This document shows, one piece after another, positions 1-12,030 of a stretch of DNA of 47,106 nucleotides. The DNA lies in NCBI GenBank assembly GCA_000934665.2, contig KZ538794.1, forward strand, positions 1-47,106, read 5' to 3'. The notes below the pieces were generated by a model, which saw only the letters and a list, made by a program, of their open reading frames with translations, was not told where the DNA came from and searched no databases. The DNA comes from Catajapyx aquilonaris (taxonomy: Eukaryota). Position 1 is the stretch's first letter; the number at the start of each line of letters is the position of its first letter. The translations under genes were made by a program, and so were the position numbers.

Positions 1-63
1 CCTGCCTCTTGCCAAGCTCATGCCCTGTCTGCTGCCTGCTCGAGTACCCCCGCTGTCGTCCAT
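1..63 (-). CDS. Possible first coding exon of an unidentified gene running off the left edge (MDDSGGTRAGSRQGMSLARGR...)
   Basis: The minus-strand ATG at 63-61 sits in a TCCAAG-ATG-G context. The frame is GC-rich and open to the window edge, and AT-rich DNA starts just upstream. Only 21 codons are visible, so no product can be assigned. Confidence 0.35.
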   Translation of the reverse strand, partial: MDDSGGTRAGSRQGMSLARGR

Positions 64-1692
64 CTTGGATTTGACTTCAGCGCCTCTACAGGCCGTGTGT
101 CTCGCGAATTGTCACAATCAAGTCAAACAATTCAAGGATTCAATTATTGAATCCTTGAATCTAAGAGTAGGCAAATGTCCATAACTGAGATTTTTTTACA
201 ACAAAACAATGGAGGAGTGTGATAGTGACAGTTATTTTTGAGTTTTGAACCCCTTTTGTCGCTGGCAAAAATTTATATATTATTATTATTATTATATATT
301 TGATATTTTTCTTAGCTCGTTGGTATGTAGCATTAATTAGCCAATTAGGAAAAAAACTGCAGACAGTTTTTCTTATAATAATTATTCTTATTATTATTTG
401 TATATGAAACCAGGGATATGTAGTAGTTTCACAACACACAGGCAGAAATGTTTGGATGACAGGATGGTGAACAGCCACTTTCAATGAAAAATTATATTTG
501 TGATGTTGTACCAAATTTGCAAATGTGATGTGGTACCACCACTCCAACCAGAGAATGGCAGTGTGGATTTGTGATGTGGTATCATTTCCAGGTGGTGCTG
601 GTGGTTGAATTTTGATAGTTATTTTTGAATGTTTTCAAAATATGTGGAGATTTTCTGATGGTGGAAACTTTCTTGGAGAAGGGAACCCTCACACCTGTAT
701 AATTTTCTTCAGATCAAAAGTTACATTAAGTTAGCATGTAAGGTTTAATTTTCATGCCAATTATTGTTTTGAGTCCTTCTTCCTGCCTCCCTAAGCACAA
801 AGTGACATTGGTTTACTAGAAGTGCTGATTTTAAAATTGGTCCACAAAATTGTTGTCTGTGTGCGAGAGCCAAAATTTTTGGAAAAATTTAACTCCTCCA
901 CTTTTATTGACCTAGTTATCGACCTAGTTCCTGAACTTGTGGCACATGCCTTAATGCGTACATACAGGGTGATCAAACTTTTTTGTCGTTTTAGTTATTG
1001 ACAAATTCGGCCTAAGCCTCCCCAGTGTGATGGTCCAATTGTAAACCAAATTAACACAAGGGTCACAAAATGTTACTTTAGGTCTTTAGGATCAGCATCA
1101 AAGATTTTCTTTCCAAGACCTTTCCAAAACTCAGGAATATCCATGTGAATAATGCCAAAGAAATAAGCCCACCATAGCTGTGTAAGCGTCAACTTGAGTC
1201 ATTTTTGCATCTGTATTATTTCTCCAACCAGAGAATGGCAGTGATGTGTGATGTTACAAAGGTCACAACTGGCTTTGAATTTACTAACAATGAAAGGTTT
1301 GGGTCACAAGTATGTTATCATTCTCTTGTTAAAGCAGTAATAATGCTTGGTTACATTCAGAAGTAGGTATAACTCATAGTTTTGAATGGTATTAATAGTG
1401 TCCAAAAGTGTTTTTAAAATGACAGGGTGAACAACACCCTTGTTAACAAGCCTCAGATAGTATAAGAAATATTCATTTACATGTTTTTGAGAGAGATGTA
1501 CAAGTGTCTGATATGCATTTGACACCATTTTAGCCCATGTACAAGGTGGACCACTTAATTCTGGACAATCATCCCCTAAAATGTCTCTTTATGGTCAATC
1601 CAAAATAAGTAAATGCAGAGTCTCTCATGCCTGTAAGAATTCTCATTGTGAGGGACAGTTCCCTGACACAAATACGATACAGTTGTTTAATG

Positions 1693-1894
1693 TAAAAGTC
1701 TCCGCCATGCGGGGAATTTGGCGCTGGCATGCCCCCACAGCCATCTGCCAGCCACCCGAATGCTAGTCTGCAAACGCCATCTGAGGAAAGGACGGTTTAG
1801 GTTGGTCCCGAAGGCGGCCAACCCGAAGCAACCCCCCAGTAGATGGCTGTGGGGGCGTGCCAGTGCCAAATTCCCAGCATAGTGGAGACTTTTA
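1693..1894. mobile_element. Palindromic MITE with ~54-bp TIRs
   Basis: 1693-1746 TAAAAGTCTCCGCCATGCGGGGAATTTGGCGCTGGCATGCCCCCACAGCCATCT is the near reverse complement of 1841-1894. The loop contains GGTTTAGGTTGG. Superfamily not assigned. Confidence 0.8.
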
Positions 1895-1963
1895 TATACT
1901 GTTAACACAGGGCTAGGCTGGATGTGTCAGGGGGCTGGTCAGGGAAATAATTGGTTGCATGTA

Positions 1964-2536
1964 CAGTGTTGGACATTAATCGCGTCAAACTGCTAGCGAC
2001 ATTTTCCGAAGCGGCAGAAGAACGAATCTTGGTTGCACGGCGTGCACTATCCATTGATAATGGATTCCCCGTGATAGGCGCCTTAGGGGATCATCTTTTT
2101 GTGAACTGACTTTAATCATTGCCTGCACTGTAATGAATTTTGATAGTGGGAGGAAGCAGGAGAACCACGAGAAAACCCACGCGAACACAGAGAGAACCCA
2201 TCGAACCGCTTCCCACATAAGTATCCTCTGTCCGATCCAGGGTTCGAACTCGGGACCTCAGAGGTGGAAGGCTATGGCGCTAACCACTGCACCACGATGT
2301 CGCCTGTTGCACTATCCATTGCTTCAATTAGTTCTTCTGCCGGTTCGGAAAATGTCGCTGAAGCGCTGAAAACTAAACAATGATCTGACATCATCGAGGT
2401 TTCTATGGAAATACCCTCACAGAACAATCTGAGTAAACAGCGTCAGCAAAAAGTAACAATGTAAGAAACGAGGATGCCAGATCGTCGTTTGGTTTTCCGC
2501 ACTATAGCAGTATGATGCGATTAATGTCCAACACTG
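1964..2536. mobile_element. Tc1/mariner-type MITE with TA TSD, carrying a SINE insertion
   Basis: TA|CAGTGTTGGACATTAATCGCGTCAAACTGCTA ... TAGCAGTATGATGCGATTAATGTCCAACACTG|TA (~31-bp TIR). There is an extra internal inverted pair at ~1985-2023 / 2331-2369. Confidence 0.85.
2057..2307 (-). mobile_element. tRNA-derived SINE with a V-SINE-like central domain and 14-bp TSD
   Basis: On the minus strand: A box TGGTGCAGTGG, B box GAGTTCGAACC, then GCGTGGGTTTTCTCGTGGTTCTCCTGCTTCCTCCCAC (resembles the V-domain core). Flanked by the direct repeat TGCACTATCCATTG at 2043-2056 and 2308-2321. Confidence 0.85.
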
Positions 2537-3158
2537 TATACATTGTGTGCTATCAACTGTAGTGCAGTCTTTGCTGAAATGACATGTTCTTCCGTACATT
2601 TTTACAGACGTTAAGGTCATTGAGAAACTGTTGTATTTCTAATGGTTATCTTTATTGTGCGCATGAAACAATACATTAAGAGCTCCAAAAAGTCAAATAA
2701 ATAGACTTATGTTCTTAACCCTGAAGGAATTATTTTGTTTGTTTCAGAATAGGGATTACATCTGTATGGAAGGATTCCAGTTGCTTCACATTAGCACACA
2801 TCTCATGTCTAAAATGGTATTAAAACTGTTAGTGTCACTCTCATAGTCTCTCCTAGAGTGCCGCTTAACTTTAAGGCAAGCTTTTTTTTTTTCCGGATGG
2901 AAATAAGGCAACCTATTTACAGCTCACTGAATCAAAATAAGGCCTCTCCATCACTTAGAAGCGTCTGTACCAAAATAATCACCCCAAGTCCCATTAGTCA
3001 TTTTAAATTACGAACCACATTTTTTATTACCTCCAACTATGATCTGCCAACCAGTCAGAAATTATGCTTGATATTGGAAATAATTCAATGTTGCAGGTCT
3101 GCCTTACATCCTACAACCCAATCCTGTAACACTTTTTTGAGGGATACCGCTGTCAAGC

Positions 3159-6100
3159 TCAGCGCTTGTTGGAGACGATGTTCTTGCATTTGGGTATGTG
3201 TCTCTCTGCAGCCTGCTGGTTGAATTTGCGCTTACAGTGTGGGCACTGAATGTAGTCGGAGTAGTCGGCAGCTGGGGGAGGGGGAAGATCACTTTCCTTT
3301 CCCCCTGCAGCCACATGGGCCTGTGCCTGCTTGGCGTAGCGGATGGTATTTACGAAGTCCTCGTGCTTTTTGCGCCAGTTGTTTGGAGGCTGTAAAACAT
3401 AGGGGTGTGATTAGTTTTTGGTGGTCAGCAGGATGTCTTAGGAGCTATCCATAAATTATATAACGCTTGTATACAAGTACAGTGTGTCATTAGGGGCAGG
3501 GTCTTAATTGCTAGGTATGATTTGGTAGTTAATAACATTTTTGCGTTTTGAGTTTAGTTTAGCCTTTTTCAACATTACATGCAAGAGACAGTCTCAGTCA
3601 CTTGGGCCAATTGTCTCAGACATTAATAATTAGCTTCATTTTCATTGATGATGCTTCCTGTCAAGGAATTCAGTGTGACACAAGCAAATGATAAAAGGGT
3701 ATTGTGATAATGCCGTTATCATGCTCTGTGTTTCTTTTATTTTTTAGGACATAAATTACAGTCGGCATTTTATTGGTATTATTGGGAACATTCATCACAA
3801 TGCCAAATCCAGTGAATATGTGAAGAGGCCAGCAGGCCACAGTGAAAGTGCGCCTGATAGTTGCATTGATATGACTGCTTCAATGCCAATGTTGCTTTCT
3901 TCACATGCAAGGGAAAGCCAGTATTGAAAATTTAATAGAATGGATTGGCCTCTTTGACTTGTTGTAATTGGCATTCCATTTCATTTGACATTTTTTTTGT
4001 GATTTGTGAAATTGGTGCTTTACAGATAGATGCATAGAATTTGAAGATTGGGAAGAATTGTAGGGTGGGGCAAAATTACATTTTACTTTGTTATATAATT
4101 TATGGATATTGATTTTCAACCATGCATATAGGGATGCAGAACCATGCCTGATGTTGGGTAACATGAAGAGAATGTGCAGAACACGAATCGAGCCATGAGA
4201 TTTTCAAGTTGTGGTACCTGTCAGTTGATCCGATGTGGAACAATGACGTATGTTACATTAAATTAGTTCCATAAATATACTCTGCAATTACCTCATATTT
4301 CATAGGCAATAGGCTGAAAATAAAATGTGGCATGTTTCAATGTCAGGTAAAACATGTTTTGCATATATTTAAAAAATGAGGTATTATTTCTGTGCCACTG
4401 GTCATTTTCATTCAGTACCAAATTAGGTTTGTGGAAATTTTAAAAAATTCCAATATCTGATACTATTGCATCTAATTGGTTTGTATTGGGTGCCCCATGA
4501 TGTGATGCACACACACAGTAGTCAAAGAGATTTACCCAACACATGAGTCGCCAGCTGATAAACTGGCGGCAAACATGCTGTGGAGTTGCTGTCTCAACGC
4601 ATGGCTTTCAAATATCGTCAAGAACTGTGATTTGGCAAAAGATTATTTGTAAAATACCTTAGTTGGCAACATTCTGGTGCCCTATGTCATCTCATTTGCT
4701 TTATTTGGAAACTAGTTGGCCATTTCCCTTCCTGGCCCATTTCTCTCAAAAGGAAGAGATGGTACTTTCAACTTAAACCTGCATTAGAATATTATGGAAC
4801 TTGTAAATGCTGCCAGGTGGTTTTTCCTGTCATAAAATAACTTGTCCCAAATTTCAGAGTATCTGAAAAATATTTCAGCTTTCCTGTATGAACCTTGCTG
4901 TAGTTATAAACACCTTGAGTTCTGCACATTTGAGCCAAATTCATGCATGATCCGTAATGAAATTGAATACAGTAGTAAAGATCTCAAATGACATTACCAA
5001 AATAATCTGATTGTTTTGAAAATTACTATTCATATTTATGTACAGTAGCTGCTGAGAGAGAAAAGCCAATGTAAATAATCCTTGATAAAGCGGATAGAAA
5101 TAACAAGCCAAAAACACATCACAACTACCACTCCCAGCAATGATTTCATGAACCAATTAGACATCTCAGACATTGCCTAATAAAAATATCCCACATATGC
5201 AATATTCATCGTTGGCATGCTAAACATGCCAGAATTTTCACTGTACCATATCTTTCCCGTTGCTTTGTAATCCGGCTTGTTGCCGGCTTACCTCAGATTT
5301 TTTCTGAAATTGATTGGTTCAGTGCATATAGAGCAATGTGATGCATGAAAAGTGACACTCACCGGTGGTGGAGGTGCCCCTGGCTTCAATTGACCCGCCT
5401 TGCCTGGAGCAGCCGCTCCCTTTTTGGGCGCTGCTTTCACAAACGCAGCTGCTTCTGTGCCCATGACCCTCATCTTGGTCGAGTCAAACACTTTGGTCTT
5501 CTTAGCTTTGGTCTTTTGACATATGGTTTGATGAGTCGGAAGCCGATCTTCTGCAAAGGTGCGGTTGCAGAACTTGCATGCAGCCAGCTTCTCATTAACA
5601 GCTGCCTGTGCTGCTGCGACAACTCCTGGTACTTTGGGCTGACCACTTTGTGTCGATCCACGAGCTGCTCCTTTTGGGGGAGCTGGCGGTTTGGTCTGAA
5701 ATATCATGTTTATGTTACATGATGGGATCATTGGTCTCTGAAAGGGCATGGGTGACAGATAATGACATATGATGGTCATTAAGACCACCTGCACATTTCT
5801 GGACATATTAATTGATAGGTCATACCGTCATTCCCACGTGGCACCTCCTGAACCCACGTCAAATTTGGCGCTCCAGTTGCCCTTATTTTATGGCTCACTA
5901 TAATTTAGTCCATCACGAGCCTTTTTTTTCCAGCTTTTCGAATTGATTTAGCGCGGTTGCTAACAGTGACGTCAACAACTGGGCGCGTTTGGTAATTGGA
6001 AGTAGGAGGAAGGCCGTGCGATGACGTCATGGGCATGTAGGAATGTCAGAGCGCACCCTGGCTCGGCATAGGTAGCTCAATAGGGAGGGTGGTTTCATAG

Positions 6101-9100
6101 CAAGTCAGGATGGCCGAGCGGTCCAAGGCGCTGCGTTCAGGTCGCAGTCCGGTTCTCCGGGCGTGGGTTCGAATCCCACTTCTGACACACTTTTTTTTTT
6201 TCACCGCTTATTAACTGAAGAGAATTTTTGATAAATTAAATTACCTTGGAAGGCGATTTGGGGGCTGGATGATCCGCTGGTTTCCCATTGGGTATGGGCG
6301 TGTTCCTGGACTGAAATGTACAAATTTTATGAAACACCTACAATTTGAACACAAGGACAATTTTGATTTCTGTAACGCTTATGTAAAAAAAAAAAAGGAG
6401 GGGCACGCATAATTTCACCTACGATCTACCACACACGTTGCTATTATTTGTCTGGCTCAGCTGAGATGGCTCATGAATATTACGCAAGTCCTTGGATTGA
6501 GCATCAAAGGCGTGTCTAGAGATGTCTCGAGAAAGATTAATCGAATCATCTTGTTGACGTCTCGTAAATACCGCATTGGGTGGAGAACCATATTGCTCAT
6601 CTAGGAGTACGTAGGTGCATTTGCCCAACCGAAGATGCCAATGCGTAGAATAAATTATTACGAAGGCAAGTATACGATTTATAGTCCTATATCGTGCAGG
6701 CGGTGACACAGGAAGTGACCTTCAGACAATTAGTACTAATCGTTCTGCTTTTCAAATTTATTACCGTTTCTCCACCTAAACTATAGGGCGTACCATTTAG
6801 ATGCGCTAAATGCACTGCTACTTAGCCTGTTTGGGTCACTCTTCGTGACCTTTCCAAGCACTATTCACCACACTTTCTTCTGAAAAACCCGTCTATCTCA
6901 CCGGTCCACATCCCATGCGTCCATTCACAAACTGAAAGAACTGCAAAGTGCAACAACCCTAGGTTGTTCATCTATGCATAGTATATACCATATCACCATG
7001 GGAATAGATTTTGAGGTTGGAAAAACATGTCGAGTCGTAGACCTATATACTCTTCGACCTCTCAAGGTTCCGGATCCGTCAATAAAATCCACCAAAAGGG
7101 ACGCCCACCTACATGTCATGACAACCCCTTTATGCCAACTTTTTTTTGCACATCAACCCGTTGAGTGATTGATTACCAATAATGTCTGGCACCGATGAAT
7201 TCTATGTGGAACCTATTCCGTTTTCTTTCACTTGCATTTTTCGGAGTCGTCAAATGAACCGCGTGGCACGAACCGGATTGGTATGTCAGATTAGAAGTGC
7301 CAATATGCGCAGAAAAAGACAAGGCGTTGGATTATTAAGCAATTCGTATAACTGACATGTCCTATATCTTCCGGTTGATTCCAATTGGATTAATTGTTCA
7401 TAGCAAATGAGGCGGATTGATAGGTTCAATTACCTTTGAGTGTATGGTCACTTGTGCATAAGTTATGAGATGAGCTGTATTGTGCTGCTGGTTCCTTAAC
7501 CCGTGTGAATAATGCAGGGTTAGAGCTTCGTGCAACTATTCTTTTGCTTACTTTACTGCTTTTCGGGTTTGTGGGTGACCTCATGCCTTGTTTTGAATAA
7601 TAACTAAAGACGTCCTGAGGATAGTGCGGTGCGCACATATCATAAATATGAAGGGCAGCGAAGTGTTTGCCCACGTGATGCTCGGATCTATATTTTTGGG
7701 CTTGAAACTGTGGATTTCGTATCAAAATATACTTACATCGATTTTACACAACTTATATAATGTTGCCCATACTACGTCTTATTCGAAAATTGGGCAATCG
7801 TTACTTTGGAATTGCAGACTAGGCATACAATCGTTCAGGATTGAAGGCTTATCTCAACACGCCTATATATGCCTATAGTGAAGAGTTTTATTTACATCCA
7901 CCTATGCACACGTTGAAATAGGCTCATCACAAAGATAGTAAGATAGACACAATTTATGGCCTCTCCCTATAAAGCAGTAGCAATATATTTCTTCTCATTT
8001 TTTTCTCTCGGGTTGTAAATAATATTGGTACCAGTTTTACTAAATAAGGTATGGGTGGAACACACTGATTACTTACTCCTGTCTGCTCTGAAAGTCAGAA
8101 AGTCCGTATAAAAATAGCCAGGTGACCTTTCACTACAGAACTCACCTAGAGTTTATTGTGTTAGTTAGATGACCATATACCTCCCGTGACCTAACCCTCA
8201 CCGTCTCTAAGCCCATGGTCTAAGCTAGCGGTGGAGGGTCTAATGCTCGGATATGAGCGGCTGTTACGATAAGGTTCAGTGCAGAATAATGTTTGTCCAG
8301 CTGTGAATTTGGCGGAAAATGAGTAAATGACATGGTATTAGTAGCCTGCTATCGGATAGCTCAGGGTTCTTAACCCCTGTGCAAATACTGTATATAGGCC
8401 CCACGGGAACGTTGTTGAATATCCACAGTCGTAGTTAATAATTTAAATACGACCTTAACAGATAATTTTTGAGCATTCCTTGTGCTTACTATTGCAGCAA
8501 TCCTATAAACTGTTCTTACCATTGGAAACTTTTTCTCTAGACAGCTGTAGGCTACTTAAAACCGTGTTAAAGTCTGACTTGTCGCAGATCGATATCACCA
8601 TTGGCGTTTTAAGGGCATCTAACCAAACTGATCTCCCCAAATTGCCAGTTGCTAACGTAAAGATAACGCACATATTTTAATCGATATGAAATTGCCGCAT
8701 GTCGCATGCTACTGTCACCGCGTCAATGTGTAGTTACATTACGAGCTTCATGCAACGAATATTCCTGGTGCCATCAAATAATGTGCCATTACTGTAACGC
8801 CCTACACGGAAAATATTCTCAGCTCGTCCTTTCAACGCCAGTCGCTCTGTTTGCTCGTCACAAAGAACCACTTTCCAAGTTAGTCCTCGCCCACATGCGA
8901 CTGTAAATATTGAACCGCATGCAGACCACAATTCATCAACCGTTGATATAATACCCTTTGACATTCCGAAGTATATCTGACCTTATCCGGCAATCCCCTC
9001 TGTATCTTGACATCCTCCTGTGGCTGTCCCTTGAGCTTGGTGGGCATCGGAGTGCTTGGTGTCCTCCTTCCGTGTGGGGCACTTCTGACCATCCCCCCAC

Positions 9101-12030
9101 CGGAAGTCCTCCTCCATTGCCCCGCATCCCCCATCTCCTGCTGCACCTCCTCTTCCTCTTCGTGGTAGACTCCGTATGAGTCTGAGGGATCGTCCAGCAG
9201 CGGGTTGTACCCATCGTCCTCATAGTATGAGTCATCAGCTCCATTGTGGGCGATCCTGTTATTGGTCTGCTGCTGAGGCATCTTCCTGCTGAGGATCACG
9301 TTGGGCTTGGGAACCGTGGGTTTGCCCATGGGGACGCCCACTGACGCGTTTCGTGAGAAGGTCGAGGGCGCGGGTCCTATCGACATGTTCAGGTCATCCA
9401 TGTCCATTGTTAGGTGGCTACGGGACCGACGCATGTTGGACCGCTGGGCACCGCCGGTACTGCGTTCCAGGCTGACCCCACGCTGTTTGCTACCCTATAT
9501 CGGGAAAAAGCATTCATGCATTACAGTGACTTTTACGTAACGGCCATGTTGTGCCAATCAGCTAATTATACGTGAGTCATCAATCAATTACCTGCGAGGT
9601 ACGGTGTCCGGTCGGGTCACTCTTGGAGCTCATAGTCCGCTGGATAGGGTCCAACGGATAGCTTTTGTCCCATCCCACGGGGCTGGATTTGGGAGTACCG
9701 CCAGTTGCTCGGTGTGCTCTCATCTCCTCAAACATTTGCCGTACCTGTCACGCGAGAAGTCATAACTTATACACTAAATTTAAGTCGGAAATCGAAGGCT
9801 CCAGAGACTCCTGGTACAATTTGGAGCCATCGATTTCACACGGCCTTCAAGTGCAAAGCAGATTGGTTCAAGTCGCTTCTTTTTTTTGGAGTGGGTTGAC
9901 ACACTGTTTGTACATTACTCATCCAACGTTTCATAGCAGGGGGTAATTTATACCTGACGCTATTCATTCGAAATGGCGCCAGAGATTACACGAGATATTG
10001 ATCCTATTTAATGTCTGAATGGCGCAGGAAATGGCTATATCGGTTGGACAATAGGGTTGTCCGTTGCAGATAATACCTTTCCGCCTCCTAAGGAGGAATT
10101 GAGGGAAGAAGGAGCACTGCTTCTTTGCGACATCCTTTGTAGAGTTCTTTGCTGTTGATCCTCCAGCATGGCCAACATCTTCTGCTCCTTCTCCTGCAGC
10201 TGACGCTGCTGAAATTGTGCCTACAAGAGACAAATTGTATCAATGTAGGTGGAAAGTACCGCTGTAAGCACATGTCAAAATAATTTTATCATATCATTCA
10301 TATATGTCGACATCCTAACGGTCCATGGTGACATGCCCTGGTCATGTAACTGTTGCTGTCATAATGAATCTTTTTGCCCAGATATCAAAAAAGGCATTTG
10401 CTGACTCATAGAGTGGAGACACTACAAAGTGGGACACTGTTCACTTCCTCAAGGTCTTGCATGTATCTCCTTATACACGCTGGATCCTGATTTGCATCCG
10501 AGGAGGAGCCGCGATGTAAAAGGCAGATTTACAACCGCCTTTTCAAGTTTGCCATACTTGGAAAGATCACACTTTCACAGAGCAAGTTTCATTTCTTTTT
10601 TGGCTACGAGTTACACATGTATTTAGCATCAGCAGTGTAGAACCGGTACTTTTTGCAAGTGCATTACTGCACTCTTTGGTCCAACACTAATTATGCAATT
10701 ACAGGTGGCCTCGCTCGAGAAGGTTCTAATTACCGGCGTTTTATAGTTATGTACAGAGCAGCCCTTTACACTTTTTGATCCTAATTAGAGGATCGAATAA
10801 GTGGTTCTAGTTTAAAGTATAATGAAAGGGTTGAGTTGCTCGGCACACTTCTAACATCCATGGTTTGCACGCGCGAATTTTTAGATCAGAATTGGCCAAA
10901 TCAATGCCCGCATATCCTTGTCATGTACAAACTCGACTGGAACAACTCGTCTGGTTTGTTAGCATTTAGTAAGACGTGTGTTGATGTCTCGTTGAGTAAG
11001 GAGGATCCAATTTGTCTCGTTTGAACGGAGAGCTGTTGGCGGTGAACAACCTGAGCTGTCCTTTTTGTTGGTCTGACGATTCGTCTCGCCTTCACGGTAC
11101 CGTGACTCTCAGGGTGCGATTCTGAGTAAGGCATATTATCGTGGAAGGGTTTTAGAGAACGTCTGATTTTTAAAAAGGGGTCGGTGCTAAGTTTCTCATT
11201 CATTGTTACTACCAACATATCTTAAGTGGTCTCTTGAGGCCCGAAATTCCCTGACATGCATTTCGTTTCTATAGAGGCAATTGACCGCCTGTTTTATTCT
11301 AAGAATTCTTTTTGTGACAACACGCGCTAGTGGGCGTCGTAGTTAAGTAACAGGAGTGCGTATGAATTAATTTTAATGTAGGCTACCGGTATATGGGTTT
11401 TCCAAAATATTATCATGTAAGTGCCTGGCCGTGGCAATTGCAGATTAGATGCGAATGAAGCTGCCGTGACCCACACTTGGTTGACCACATATGTGTGCCC
11501 TACATAAAAATGTGCACGCTGCTCAAAAGTAATTTACAACTACCAGTACTTAATTGCAAGCACTATGATAGAAAATACTATGGGTCAAGCATTGGAAGGT
11601 TCAATCTCGGGAGTGTTCGATACTTTTGCGGTTTGCTGAGCCTAAATCTCTACGTGATTGTCATAGCTCACGATAGAATCAATACTTTTAGGGCCTATTA
11701 CTGGAAAAGACTACCTTATTTCAAGGCTACTATTGGTGATCTGTACGAGGCGGCCTCTTTATTATTCATATAGGTCAGGTTACATTATTACCCTGAATAC
11801 GCAAAGAAATATTTGGGAGACAAAACAACTATGTAGTTGTCTATCTGTGTCGTAGATAATGAATAAACTATGAAGAAATGAGATCTAACGAGTCATGTTC
11901 CAATTTGTTGGAAGTGCGTACGACACACGCAATAAGCATTTTGAAATTATATACAGAAAATTTGCTGATGTTTAGGCCGTTGTGTGTGCTAAAATGTGTG
12001 CAATTTTTATCCGGAACTCACCGTCATCAT
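3159..12030 (-). CDS. ZC2HC1C: Zinc finger C2HC domain-containing protein 1C-like (FAM164C-type), ~482 aa
   Basis: Exons, all GT-AG and all phase 0: 12022-12030 (MMT, tentative start); 10077-10220 (AQFQQRQLQEKEQKMLAMLEDQQQR...GGGK); 9592-9744 (VRQMFEEMR...GWDKSYPLDP); 8982-9494; 6245-6310; 5363-5695 (C2HC finger CKFCNRTFAEDRLPTHQTIC, then KKTKVFDSTKMRVMGTE); 3159-3389 (NNWRKKHEDFVNTIRYAK...DLPPPP...DYIQCPHCKRKFNQQAAERHIPKC, TGA). Two C-terminal C2HC fingers after a long N-terminus is the 1C-type layout. Confidence 0.85.
6104..6187 (+). tRNA. tRNA-Leu-CAG: tRNA-Leu (anticodon CAG)
   Basis: GTCAGGATGGCCGAGCGGTCCAAGGCGCTGCGTTCAGGTCGCAGTCCGGTTCTCCGGGCGTGGGTTCGAATCCCACTTCTGACA. Acceptor stem GTCAGGA/TTCTGAC, anticodon stem CTGCG/CGCAG with CAG at 6138-6140, long variable arm, TTCGAAT T-loop. 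Confidence 0.97.
6191..6201 (+). terminator. Pol III oligo-T terminator of the tRNA-Leu
   Basis: A T11 run starts 4 nt after the tRNA 3' end. Confidence 0.85.

Noticed and set aside
161..547. 128-aa minus-strand ORF
   Set aside because: AT-rich, poly-Ile low-complexity translation overlapping a dispersed repeat fragment.
542..1243. 22-bp direct repeat CTCCAACCAGAGAATGGCAGTG (542-563, 1222-1243) as LTRs or a TSD
   Set aside because: Too short for LTRs and there is no retroelement interior; probably fragments of a decayed local duplication or repeat.
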